64,000 nucleotides of DNA from a virus: IMG/VR virus record IMGVR_UViG_3300022745_000026, positions 1-64,000 of that record. One strand, written 5' to 3'. Positions 55,172-64,000 of the stretch are shown here, piece by piece. Position 1 is the stretch's first letter. The number at the start of each line of letters is the position of its first letter. The position numbers and the translations under genes are program-made. The notes beneath the pieces are model-generated. The model ran no database searches. It was given only the letters and a program-made list of their open reading frames with translations, and was not told the DNA's origin.

Positions 55172-55666
55172 ATGAAGAAGAGACCGATTCGGATTGAAGG
55201 TGACGTGGCTTATGTGACCTTAGCTTGTGGGGCGGAAGCAATCATAGACGCAGAAGACGCTGAGCTGGTGGGTCAGTATAATTGGAGCCTATGCACTGGG
55301 TATGCAGCTACAAGCCTATACCCTGTCGGAGAGAAACGTAGAAGCATAAAACTGCATCGACTTGTTATGGGGGAACCTGAAGGTTTTGAAGTAGATCACA
55401 AGTACGGCATCAGGCTGGATAACAGAAAAGCACATTTGAGGCTGGCCACAAGATCAGATAATAACCATAATGCCAAGGTCCGTCGTGACAATACCTCCGG
55501 TAGGAAAGGCGTTTCGTGGCATAAAAAAGTTAAAAAGTGGTTCGCCCAAATAATGTATATGGGCAAACAAAAGCATTTAGGCTACTTTTCCGACCCTGAC
55601 GCTGCCTATGAGGCCTACTGCCAAGCAGCACTTAAATACCATGGCGAATTTGCCAGAACAGAATAA
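55172..55666 (+). CDS. HNH homing endonuclease with AP2 domain (paralog of 4815..5315), antisense to the late operon
   Basis: GGAG RBS; LHRLVM..VDHKYGIRLDNRK..N; SGRKGVSW...KWFAQI...LGYF...AY. Confidence 0.9.
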   Translation: MKKRPIRIEGDVAYVTLACGAEAIIDAEDAELVGQYNWSLCTGYAATSLYPVGEKRRSIKLHRLVMGEPEGFEVDHKYGIRLDNRKAHLRLATRSDNNHNAKVRRDNTSGRKGVSWHKKVKKWFAQIMYMGKQKHLGYFSDPDAAYEAYCQAALKYHGEFARTE

Positions 55667-55667
55667 T

Positions 55668-55692
55668 AAAATGGCCCTAAAAGGGCCATTTT
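55668..55692. terminator. bidirectional intrinsic terminator
   Basis: AAAATGGCCC-TAAAA-GGGCCATTTT between convergent genes. Confidence 0.8.
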
Positions 55693-55883
55693 TACTTTTT
55701 AGGCTTACTCTCGTCTGGGTCCACCCATCTCTGGATGACGGGCTGGCCTTTGACCCAGTCCGTCTCCTTGGCTTTAGTTGGTACCCGTGGTTCAAAGCGG
55801 CAACCGCTTTCTGGGTCTACAAACGGAAATCCAGCTGTGTTGATTAACCAGGTGCCTGTCTTGTCGTGGATGGTTTGATTCAT
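55692..55883 (-). CDS. small hypothetical protein downstream of the capsid gene
   Basis: 63-aa ORF; FPFVDP.SG.RF motif. Confidence 0.65.
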   Translation of the reverse strand: MNQTIHDKTGTWLINTAGFPFVDPESGCRFEPRVPTKAKETDWVKGQPVIQRWVDPDESKPKK

Positions 55884-55890
55884 AGGTATT

Positions 55891-55914
55891 CAGGGGAGAC
55901 TTTCGCCTCCCCTG
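55891..55914 (-). terminator. stem-loop (GAAA tetraloop) after the capsid gene
   Basis: Minus strand CAGGGGAGGC-GAAA-GTCTCCCCTG; no clear U-tract on this strand. Confidence 0.6.
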
Positions 55915-55923
55915 TTATTTTAA

Positions 55924-57138
55924 TTAGCTGATTGTCAGCACATCAAAAGGACGCAGATCGCTGTCGCCTAATGAGCGGAACACTTCCTCAGCCCAGTCAA
56001 GGCGCATAGCTGTACTGCGCTTCATGGCGTAAGCCTCAACAGCAGTGTAAGCTGCTGCAGTGTTGGTAACACGAGAGATAGCTACCGACGCATCCAAGGC
56101 ATACACCGTGTTAGCTGGCACTGGGCCACCTTCAGCAGCGGAGTCAACCAAGAAGATGCGAACGTCGTTGCCAAAGCCTACGTTAATCAAGCCTGCTTGT
56201 GGGTCTACACGAGTCAGAGTTGGGTCGTAGTTATTTGAGCCTGGACGACCTGTGCGGCCCTCAATTTTCAAATACGTGTCTAGGTCCATCACTAAATGAC
56301 TGATCTTTCGGTATTTACGGCTCCTGGCCAAAAACTTGACAAAGGCTTTGTGAGTCAGAACGCCACCTGTAGCTGCTGCATCCAGAGATGTAGAAGTCAC
56401 TGCAGCAACTGCACCTACGTTCAGGTCACCATCTCCGTTGTACAGAGCATTGATATAGCGGTAAACCCGCTCGTCACGCTCGATCTGCAGGTAGTGAGCT
56501 ACGGTACGAGTGACATAATCTATGTTCGTATTGCGCAGAGCAGCATCAGTCCACTCCATGCCGATATTCCAAGCGCCAATGCGACGGATACGGTCGCTGG
56601 TCTTGAAGAACAGCATCTTGGGTGGTTCAGCGCCTTGAGCAACGCGAGCTGCTTTAGAGTCCTCTGGGCCGCCAAGTGTTTTGTAGTCCACTACGGGCTG
56701 TTCAAAATGCTCCGTGTCAACACTGATGTTGTTGGCAATCATTTGCTCAAACACGCCAGAGTCGGTAGTGCGGTCTTTTTGCATTTCGGAAGTGATCTCA
56801 CCAATAACAGCGATGTTCACAAATGCGCGAGAAGCAGTGCCGAAGGGGCTTGCGTTTTGCTGGGTGTTGGCAGAGAAGCCGGAAGAGCCTGCAGAGCCGT
56901 CCAACAGAGCACCAATTTTGGTGGCACGGAAGCCGAATGGGTTATTGCTGCCAGGGCGAACCAGGCCGATGGACGCTTTGAACTGGTCAAAAGCAGTACC
57001 AACGGACAGGTCTGCATCAGCAAACTTACGGTTCATCTCAGCGATTGGGTCGCCGGACTTCACCATTGCCACTAATTCTTCAGCACTGGGTGCCCACTGT
57101 TGTGTTCCGCCCGAGCGGTCGATGTATGCAACTTGCAT
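55924..57138 (-). CDS. major capsid protein
   Basis: AAAGGA RBS before ATG 57138; ~404 aa; follows protease and decoration genes. Confidence 0.82.
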   Translation of the reverse strand: MQVAYIDRSGGTQQWAPSAEELVAMVKSGDPIAEMNRKFADADLSVGTAFDQFKASIGLVRPGSNNPFGFRATKIGALLDGSAGSSGFSANTQQNASPFGTASRAFVNIAVIGEITSEMQKDRTTDSGVFEQMIANNISVDTEHFEQPVVDYKTLGGPEDSKAARVAQGAEPPKMLFFKTSDRIRRIGAWNIGMEWTDAALRNTNIDYVTRTVAHYLQIERDERVYRYINALYNGDGDLNVGAVAAVTSTSLDAAATGGVLTHKAFVKFLARSRKYRKISHLVMDLDTYLKIEGRTGRPGSNNYDPTLTRVDPQAGLINVGFGNDVRIFLVDSAAEGGPVPANTVYALDASVAISRVTNTAAAYTAVEAYAMKRSTAMRLDWAEEVFRSLGDSDLRPFDVLTIS

Positions 57139-57160
57139 GTTAGTTCCTTTCAATATTTGA

Positions 57161-57637
57161 TTAGTCGCGGCCAATGACACCAACAGTGCCTACTGCGCCG
57201 GTGCCTACTGGGCCCAAGCTCAGAACACGCCACAGATACTGTTGAGTACCTTGCGAAGTTGCCTTGCAGACTTTGGGATAAGTTGTGAGGGCAGTGCCTT
57301 TTGGTACTTGAGTACCAGCAACAACCCAGTCACCAACGGAAATAACGCCGACGCCGGGGGTAGCTTGCAAGCCGTCAAAAGTCACGCGAGCGCGACCTTC
57401 GCAATAGACCGAGCCGATGGAGTAGCCGTTTTGAGGGGCCATTTCCACTGCATAGATCAGGGCTTCAATGTTATCGCCAGCCACAGCCAGGTCATAACGG
57501 GACTCACCTGCGAGTTTGACGATCTTGCCAACCTCTTTGGTGTCTACTTGGTTGCTAGTACCCGAACCTGCGCCCAGACGTACAGCCATGGCCGCTTCGT
57601 CTGGTGCTGTTGGGGAGATGAAATGGTCGAGAGCCAT
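57161..57637 (-). CDS. putative capsid decoration protein
   Basis: Between protease/scaffold and capsid genes; small and beta-rich. Confidence 0.7.
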   Translation of the reverse strand: MALDHFISPTAPDEAAMAVRLGAGSGTSNQVDTKEVGKIVKLAGESRYDLAVAGDNIEALIYAVEMAPQNGYSIGSVYCEGRARVTFDGLQATPGVGVISVGDWVVAGTQVPKGTALTTYPKVCKATSQGTQQYLWRVLSLGPVGTGAVGTVGVIGRD

Positions 57638-57649
57638 AGTCAGGGTCCT

Positions 57650-59023
57650 TTACTTTGATTGAGAAGATTTCACCGCATGCACGAATAATGGGTTCACCAG
57701 TGCAGCTACGGGCTTATCCGATACTGCGTCTGATTTGGCTGCGGTAACACCACCCACCTTGAATTTGGATTTGAACAACTCGCTCACTCTGCTGTGTTCT
57801 GCCATGACTTCAGAGTCAGCGACGGCAGCTACATCCAAGTTTAGTGGTACGCTCATAGCCTTGATGCTGCTGCGTGCGAAAGCCAGAAGCCCAACATGAG
57901 AAGCCTCTAAGGCAGTCATCTGTGCTTTGATGGTTTCGGACTCAGCGATAGCTGCATCATGAGCCAACTTTGCTGACACGAGTTCAGCTTGCAGGCTTTC
58001 GATTGTAGGCTCAAGAGATTCAGCTGCTGCAGCCACTACGGTCTCAGTGACGACAGTAGCAGTAGCGGCCACAGCAGATTCTGTAACTTCTTCTAGGTCA
58101 ATACCAGCAGCCAGTGCTGCAAGGTATTCTGGGGTAATCGGTTTAGGCATAGTTGCTCCTTCTTGCGCCTGATTATCGTCCTGTACTTCAGCAACTAAGG
58201 TAGGCTTAGTGCGAACTGCGGGTTTATTGGCAGAAGATTTCAAGGATTTTGCGTAGATGAAGGCGTCAGTGAGGGACCCAAGGCTGTCTATCAGCCCCGC
58301 GTTCACTGCTTGCTTGCCTACAAACTCTTTCCCTTGGCCGAAGGCTGCATCTGCAGCAGTCAAGCTCATGCCACGGCTATCGGCCACATGGGTCAGGAAC
58401 ACATCATAAAGTGCGTTTGCTTTTGCCTGTGCATCGGCCAAGGCTTTATCTGTCAGGTCCTCATAAGGGTTCATCAGGGCTTTGTCTGTACCTGCACGGA
58501 TTACGGTGACCTTGATACCGTCATTGGCCAACTGTCGGGCCCGACTTGCATGCACCATCAGCACCCCAAGTGAGCCAGTGATAGAGGTCTCGCTTGCATA
58601 CATCTTGCTGGCGCTAGACCCGAGCCACAGGGCTGCCGAGGCCATAGTACCACCTGTGTACGTGACTACAGGTTTGATCTTGTTCACTTCTGAGATCAGC
58701 TTAGCTGCGTCATTCACGCCCGCGACTGCACCGCCACCGGAGTCAATGTTCAGAAGGATGCTGTTTACAGACTTGTCAGCCACTGCCTGTAGGATTGCAT
58801 CCTGAATGTCAGTGTACCCCACAATCCCAAACATACGCATGAAGCCTGCCGAGCCAGATACCAAGCTGCCTTCAATGTTAATCATGGCTACACCGTCCTG
58901 CACATCAACCATAGATGGCAGGCCATAAGGGTCAGTGGGCTTGGACTCGACTTTGGCAGCCTCAAAAGCATCGTAAGATGCTTGGGTGCCCAACCAGATA
59001 TTTTCAAACATTAAGGTCTCCAT
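57650..59023 (-). CDS. S49 (SppA-like) prohead protease with C-terminal scaffold region
   Basis: LNIDSGGG, MASAALWLGS, GSLGV and V...RG motifs; Ala/Glu-rich coiled-coil C-terminus. Confidence 0.9.
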   Translation of the reverse strand: METLMFENIWLGTQASYDAFEAAKVESKPTDPYGLPSMVDVQDGVAMINIEGSLVSGSAGFMRMFGIVGYTDIQDAILQAVADKSVNSILLNIDSGGGAVAGVNDAAKLISEVNKIKPVVTYTGGTMASAALWLGSSASKMYASETSITGSLGVLMVHASRARQLANDGIKVTVIRAGTDKALMNPYEDLTDKALADAQAKANALYDVFLTHVADSRGMSLTAADAAFGQGKEFVGKQAVNAGLIDSLGSLTDAFIYAKSLKSSANKPAVRTKPTLVAEVQDDNQAQEGATMPKPITPEYLAALAAGIDLEEVTESAVAATATVVTETVVAAAAESLEPTIESLQAELVSAKLAHDAAIAESETIKAQMTALEASHVGLLAFARSSIKAMSVPLNLDVAAVADSEVMAEHSRVSELFKSKFKVGGVTAAKSDAVSDKPVAALVNPLFVHAVKSSQSK

Positions 59024-59119
59024 TCAGTGGGGCTACAGGCCCGCTCAGTCGAGTCTACCCTATGCAGGGTGGAACCGGCGGACTCTGGAGAGCCAAGTGC
59101 CATATAAATGGCAGTCTCA

Positions 59120-59626
59120 TCAGGAGCTTACAGCAAAAGCATTCTCTGCTGCCTGTCGGGCTGCCCGCAGGTTGGTCTCAGCCGCCGAGCTATTTCCTTG
59201 CATGTAACCCCATACGGCAGAGGCTATGGACTCAGGGGTCATACCTGTTCCACCCGTGGATGCTATGCTGATAGCCTGCACCGGCTGTGAGTAGTTCACC
59301 CGCACAGTGAATCCTCCGGCGGTATTGACAAATGGGTCTCCGCCACCTTCAACAAGCAGTATTCCGCTGGTTACATTCAGGGTGTGGTTGGCCTCTTGAG
59401 GTCGGATTCTCCAGCCATTCTGCAGGTAGACATAGAAAGGCACTGATGTGCCCGCAGCGACGTCAATCGCATCCCCACCGAGTAGGCGCATCGCCTGAAG
59501 ATACTTTCCGTTATCCGAAGCAGCATGCCACCGCACCCAGTCACTCCACAGTGACTGGACGCTCAGAGTTGTGGTGCCAAGTGACAGGGTGATTAGCTTG
59601 GTCGCACCATTGAACTGCGTGGTCAT
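59120..59626 (-). CDS. putative virion structural protein
   Basis: LWSDWVRW...GGD...LQNGWRIRP; lies in the head module. Confidence 0.65.
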   Translation of the reverse strand: MTTQFNGATKLITLSLGTTTLSVQSLWSDWVRWHAASDNGKYLQAMRLLGGDAIDVAAGTSVPFYVYLQNGWRIRPQEANHTLNVTSGILLVEGGGDPFVNTAGGFTVRVNYSQPVQAISIASTGGTGMTPESIASAVWGYMQGNSSAAETNLRAARQAAENAFAVSS

Positions 59627-59635
59627 TCGGGCCCC

Positions 59636-61009
59636 TTAGATGTAGGCGCGGTCGGTTTCAGCCACTAAAGAGATGGTGATGCCTTTTGCGCGAGAGATAG
59701 TACCCCCGAATTGTACGGGCTTTGCGCTTCCTGGCTTACCAGCGACCACAGTGACGTTGGCATCGGTGCCGGGTGTACGCCCACCTTGGGTATTTGCATC
59801 ATAGTCAAATGTGAAGCCGACGCTTCCTGCACTGAAGGTTCCTGTGATCGGAGTACCTGTGCTGTCGTTCACCGTGACAGCACCGGACTCGCCGAAGTCA
59901 TCCAGTACACCGGGCAGTGTCGTGAACAGCATGCGGTAGTAGCTGCCAGAGCCCACAAGTGGTAAGTTAGCCGTAATATTGCCGCCAGAGATATAGGGGT
60001 AGCTGCGCTGAACACTATTCTGGTCTGTAAACACAACCCGGTTGACATCGTTGCCGTTCAGGTTGGAGATGAACACGCCCTGAGTAGTGTAGAGGGTGTC
60101 ACCCAAGAAGTTAACAAGCAGGCTGGCCGTCTTGCCAATGACGGTGCCGGCACCGCTGTCGATGTCGGTGTTCTGGCGCAGCAGGTACTGAACCTTGGTG
60201 TAAATCTGCTCCAGCGTCGCACCGTTGCCGTTGATTACAACTCGGAATGGGTAGTTGGTGCCGCCGATACTCTGATTCTGGTTTGTAGCTGAGTAGGTGA
60301 CAGTGATGTTGTCGTAAGGCGCGGAGGCCATAGCAGAATCAAGGTCTGTAATCTTGGTGTCAGCCTCATTGGAAAGTAGCAGGTTGACGATATACGCCCC
60401 TGTAGCCGTCTTGCCAGTATCGGCCAGCACGGAGTCCTTGTACTTATAGCCCTGCTCGCGGACGTAGCCCTTGAAGTAGGAACGATTATCGAACCCGCCG
60501 CTGCTGACATCCCCGTAGACCTGCACACCGATGTTTGCAGCATCAGTGAAGGTGAAGTTGGCCGAGGTGCCGCCGCTGGTCTTCTGGTAGTAGAGCTGGG
60601 CACCGCTATTCACCGTGCCCAAAGACACGATTCCGACGTAGACTCGGTTCAGTGAGCCTGTGGAGGTGATGGCGGGTAGGGCGCTGCTGCTGGAATACTC
60701 TTCCCAGCCACCATCACGCAGCATGTTGCGGGTGGTGTCATCCGCGGGCTTCCAGCTGTTATAGAATTGGCCATCAGTACCGAAGCGGTACTGTCCAGAC
60801 AAGGCGTCCAAGGCGTACATCGGGAATGGGCTATCTTGGTAAGTCGTTGTAGTCCACAGGTCGATGAACTTAGAGTAGAGTGCTTGGATAGCCACCCCAT
60901 CCTTGGCCACCAGGTTTCCTGCAGCCACCAAGGTGAATGTACGGGCTGCTTCATTGATAAGCAGCTCGGTGCCTACGTTGAGCTGCCCTTTAGATGTGAT
61001 CTTTGCCAT
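59636..61009 (-). CDS. putative virion structural protein
   Basis: 457 aa, Thr/Gly/Ser-rich; LYSKFIDLW resembles the N-terminus of the next gene; AGGAG RBS. Confidence 0.7.
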   Translation of the reverse strand: MAKITSKGQLNVGTELLINEAARTFTLVAAGNLVAKDGVAIQALYSKFIDLWTTTTYQDSPFPMYALDALSGQYRFGTDGQFYNSWKPADDTTRNMLRDGGWEEYSSSSALPAITSTGSLNRVYVGIVSLGTVNSGAQLYYQKTSGGTSANFTFTDAANIGVQVYGDVSSGGFDNRSYFKGYVREQGYKYKDSVLADTGKTATGAYIVNLLLSNEADTKITDLDSAMASAPYDNITVTYSATNQNQSIGGTNYPFRVVINGNGATLEQIYTKVQYLLRQNTDIDSGAGTVIGKTASLLVNFLGDTLYTTQGVFISNLNGNDVNRVVFTDQNSVQRSYPYISGGNITANLPLVGSGSYYRMLFTTLPGVLDDFGESGAVTVNDSTGTPITGTFSAGSVGFTFDYDANTQGGRTPGTDANVTVVAGKPGSAKPVQFGGTISRAKGITISLVAETDRAYI

Positions 61010-61017
61010 GTCTACTC

Positions 61018-63600
61018 CTACTGATAGTTTCTATCTGCCACTTGTGCGACAGGGATGGTTGCGGCAACGCCTGGCAACAGGTAGTTGCGTATGAAAAATG
61101 GCACATACCCGGCGCACAGGATACCAATATCCACGTTCTGGATTGTAAGGTATCCATAGGTATAACTGCTGGTTGCAATGCTGTCCCCAGTGTCAATTAC
61201 GTTGGTTGTCCCTGCTTGATAGACCACAATGTCTGACCCAGGCTGGATGCCAGAGACTGTCAAACCTATGGTGTCGAGCGGGTATAGCGCTGCATTTTGA
61301 ATGGCGAGTGTGGTAGTTCCGTTGACAACAAAACTCGTCAATACGTTAGTCGTATTCGCTACGGCGCATGTAATTCTAAATTTGAACTTAAATCCGATCG
61401 TCGGGCTGATACCAGTCTCGGCTAGCAAGTTTGCGTTACTAACAGTCTTGAATGTTCCACTGAACCCAGAACCTTTATCTAAATCATACTCAAAATTGTG
61501 ATTCACTAAACCCGTTCCGGTGTTTGCAAAGCTAGTCAACCCGGTCCACCCAAGGATATAATAGTTCCATGTCCATGTTATAGAATCACCGACGTTCTGC
61601 ATAACCAGGTAACCAGTAGATGTAAATTTGGGTGTACCCGCATTTACCGTGTAAGCGCTGGCTGTAGACAGGGACTTCTCTGTAAATACTAAAAATGCGC
61701 GTGTTGTTGTGTCAGCAGTGAAGGCATCATAGAAATGCATCCCATCAACGTGAGTGTAAGAAGTCGGAACAGAGCCGTTATTCTGCCTATTTCCACGAAC
61801 AGTCGAGTTGTACCAGTTGGGGCCCTGTACAAGCGCAGCATTGGTGTTGTAGCAGTTCTGAAATCTAACAGATTGCGTTGTATTCGTAGAACTTGACAAT
61901 CCAATACGTAGGTTATTAGTCCAGATGCGCTGGAACTTGATATTCTTATTCAATCCACCGTCAGCATAGATATAACCAGTTCTAAAGGATGCGTTCGATC
62001 CACCCTCGTATGGTACTGCTGATGTTCCTGTCCCGGTAACAAGAATATCAGAGCAGGTGTTCATATAAACTAAACCACTAAGGGCATGAACATCAGAAAC
62101 ACCAACCCAGTTAGCAATATTAGTAAGAGCACCCTGCTTACAATTTGACATCAACTCTATTGCCTGAGTTGGTACTGCGGAACCAGTTGTAGCCTTTGGG
62201 TTATCAGCATAGTAGACATTAGTTACTGTCCAGTTAGAACACGCAGACATAATCAAGCGCTTACCAACAAGTTCTACGTTCGTAACCGTCAGGCTGTCGC
62301 ATGTATTAAAAAATATAGGACCGGCTAGGGCCGTTGCATCAGACGCGTATTGACCACGAACATCAGTAATAGTCCAACCGCCATACAGGTTTACAAAGTA
62401 AACCGCATACCCTGCTGTAGAGATTTGCTGCGATCTTAGACCACTAATATTTGTAGCTGTACCGCCATTTAAGCACTGCTGAATTACAAATGCGTTTGAG
62501 GCATACGGTGTTGATTGATTTGAGCAACCAATATGAACATTATTTAATATCGAAGGGGTAGAAGTTTCTGCCAAAACAAACTGCTCACAACCGTGCATAT
62601 TCTGGATATTAACAGAGTACGGTTGTTGAATATTCCAATACCAAGCCCCTGTCACTCTATCTACGCTAACAACACCAGAACTTGAAGTCGCAGTTTCATA
62701 TCGAGTACCGACTGTACCACTTGGAACAGAATTAACCCCATACCCGATTGTTAAATTTGTGTTACTGCATAAGATGTTTGGAATTCTAATGTTGCAACCA
62801 GAAACTGGTAAATCACCTGCAGCAGCAGCATCTCTACCCATGCCGATAGTCATTAGATTGTTATCAGAAATTCCAACATACCTGCATCTATTATCTGTAC
62901 TCAAACTTGATGCAAGGAATAAATTTCCAGCATTAGCCCAGAATTTATATACACCAGACCCCGGTGAAGTCTCTATCTCAACCCCGCCTACAACCGTTGT
63001 TCCAGAACCAAATGACGGTAGCTGAACTGTTTGACCGCGAACTCCCGTGGTTGTACCCAAACTAAACCAATCGCCAGACACCGTGAGTGAGTTGAGTCGG
63101 TTAATCGTCAAGGCCATCGTTTCTACACCAACAATCTCAACCCATCCAGTCTCCTCTGGGCCTGTCGCTGTCGCAGAAATCCCCGTAAGAGGCCCAGCGG
63201 CAAAGCTCCCGCCCGCCACATTGCGGACCTTCAGGTACCCAGTCGCTGGCATAGCCGCGCCAGCAGCCGTTACCGTCCCACCGACGCGAGTAGACATCAC
63301 ACACAGCAATTCAGCAGTAACACCGCTGGAGGATATTACCGTTCCAGAAGCGGGTACATTCCCAGAACCAGAAGTGAATGCAATTAGCTTTACGTTTAAG
63401 CCAGAAATCGTAAGAGTTCCGCCTAAGTTAGCTGACAAGTTAATATTACCAAACGGCCCAGTTGCAGTGGACGTATTTGGTCCATATCGAGTATCTGAGT
63501 CGATTGTTAAATTACCGCCATTGACGTTATATGTGTCATTACCGCCCTTACCAGTCAGGGCGGTCATATTGGTGGTCGTTGTTATCGTGAAGGTTGTCAT
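61018..63600 (-). CDS. large beta-rich virion protein, possible beta-helix
   Basis: 860 aa, Asn/Thr/Ser-rich with repeating beta-strand patterns; GAGG RBS. Confidence 0.7.
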   Translation of the reverse strand: MTTFTITTTTNMTALTGKGGNDTYNVNGGNLTIDSDTRYGPNTSTATGPFGNINLSANLGGTLTISGLNVKLIAFTSGSGNVPASGTVISSSGVTAELLCVMSTRVGGTVTAAGAAMPATGYLKVRNVAGGSFAAGPLTGISATATGPEETGWVEIVGVETMALTINRLNSLTVSGDWFSLGTTTGVRGQTVQLPSFGSGTTVVGGVEIETSPGSGVYKFWANAGNLFLASSLSTDNRCRYVGISDNNLMTIGMGRDAAAAGDLPVSGCNIRIPNILCSNTNLTIGYGVNSVPSGTVGTRYETATSSSGVVSVDRVTGAWYWNIQQPYSVNIQNMHGCEQFVLAETSTPSILNNVHIGCSNQSTPYASNAFVIQQCLNGGTATNISGLRSQQISTAGYAVYFVNLYGGWTITDVRGQYASDATALAGPIFFNTCDSLTVTNVELVGKRLIMSACSNWTVTNVYYADNPKATTGSAVPTQAIELMSNCKQGALTNIANWVGVSDVHALSGLVYMNTCSDILVTGTGTSAVPYEGGSNASFRTGYIYADGGLNKNIKFQRIWTNNLRIGLSSSTNTTQSVRFQNCYNTNAALVQGPNWYNSTVRGNRQNNGSVPTSYTHVDGMHFYDAFTADTTTRAFLVFTEKSLSTASAYTVNAGTPKFTSTGYLVMQNVGDSITWTWNYYILGWTGLTSFANTGTGLVNHNFEYDLDKGSGFSGTFKTVSNANLLAETGISPTIGFKFKFRITCAVANTTNVLTSFVVNGTTTLAIQNAALYPLDTIGLTVSGIQPGSDIVVYQAGTTNVIDTGDSIATSSYTYGYLTIQNVDIGILCAGYVPFFIRNYLLPGVAATIPVAQVADRNYQ

Positions 63601-63603
63601 TTA

Positions 63604-63783
63604 CTACCTCAGTTTTATCCATTTGTCTAACGGGCACTTGGCCTCTGTCAGGACAACCTTGCCAGCAAGAACACATTTACACTTACCACATACATCAGCT
63701 CCCATAACAACAACGACCTCCGGGCACTTTTTACAGATAGCCCTTCGGTCTTGTTGCTGTTGCTGGGTAGCAATGTATGTCAT
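63604..63783 (-). CDS. small Cys-rich protein (R..IC..C...C..C.C....K......CP..KW; DUF6171-like)
   Basis: Translated by hand, 59 aa; GGAG RBS. Confidence 0.7.
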   Translation of the reverse strand: MTYIATQQQQQDRRAICKKCPEVVVVMGADVCGKCKCVLAGKVVLTEAKCPLDKWIKLR

Positions 63784-63794
63784 AAGTGCTCCAA

Positions 63795-63821
63795 AAGGGT
63801 GTGAGTCTAGCTCACACCCTT
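63795..63821 (-). terminator. intrinsic terminator
   Basis: AAGGGTGTGAG-TCTAG-CTCACACCCTT, with a T-run on the minus strand. Confidence 0.75.
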
Positions 63822-63831
63822 ATAGGACTAC

Positions 63832-64000
63832 TTAAACGCCTTGACCCAAGCCCATGCGCGAACGCATTGCGCCACGGAACACTGCACCGATAGCGGAACA
63901 GTCAATGTCCATTACTTCGGCTTTGGTGACGAAGTGGCCATGCTCATGCTCATTACGAGCGTCAAGTTCTGCAACGGCGGCATTGGCGGCGGCAGCAGCG
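63832..64000 (-). CDS. 3' end of a gene extending beyond the window
   Basis: ...AAAANAAVAELDARNEHEHGHFVTKAEVMDIDCSAIGAVFRGAMRSRMGLGQGV-TAA followed by a terminator. Confidence 0.6.
   Translation of the reverse strand, partial: AAAAANAAVAELDARNEHEHGHFVTKAEVMDIDCSAIGAVFRGAMRSRMGLGQGV

Overview
This window is a 64-kb internal segment of a tailed dsDNA phage genome with siphovirus-type morphogenesis genes. A proteobacterial host is inferred. The + strand (1-30361) carries small early genes, an SCM-motif protein paired with an M28/M20 peptidase, ThyX, ATP-dependent ligase, a cytosine methyltransferase, an SNF2 helicase, a primase-helicase, a probable SSB, a DEDDh exonuclease, a MazG-like enzyme, a full-length Pol I, a resolvase and an Mre11/Rad50 pair. 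The - strand (30354-64000) carries lysis, two paralogous LamG/CBM tail proteins, a tape measure, G/GT chaperones, tail tube, neck, capsid, S49 protease and extra head-region virion genes. Mobile elements are four HNH-type endonuclease genes and a tnpB-only IS605-group element with definable ends and a frameshifted tnpB. The most notable observation is that the two paralogous HNH-AP2 genes (4815, 55172) each sit behind their own extended -10 promoter and a ~110-nt two-hairpin leader. In each leader the loop of hairpin 1 is complementary to the loop of a terminator-like hairpin 2, with different loop sequences in the two copies (GACUAG/CUAGUU vs GUAGGAA/UUCCUAC). This is a candidate kissing-loop RNA control system for mobile nucleases. 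All calls are by eye from motifs; no database searches were run.
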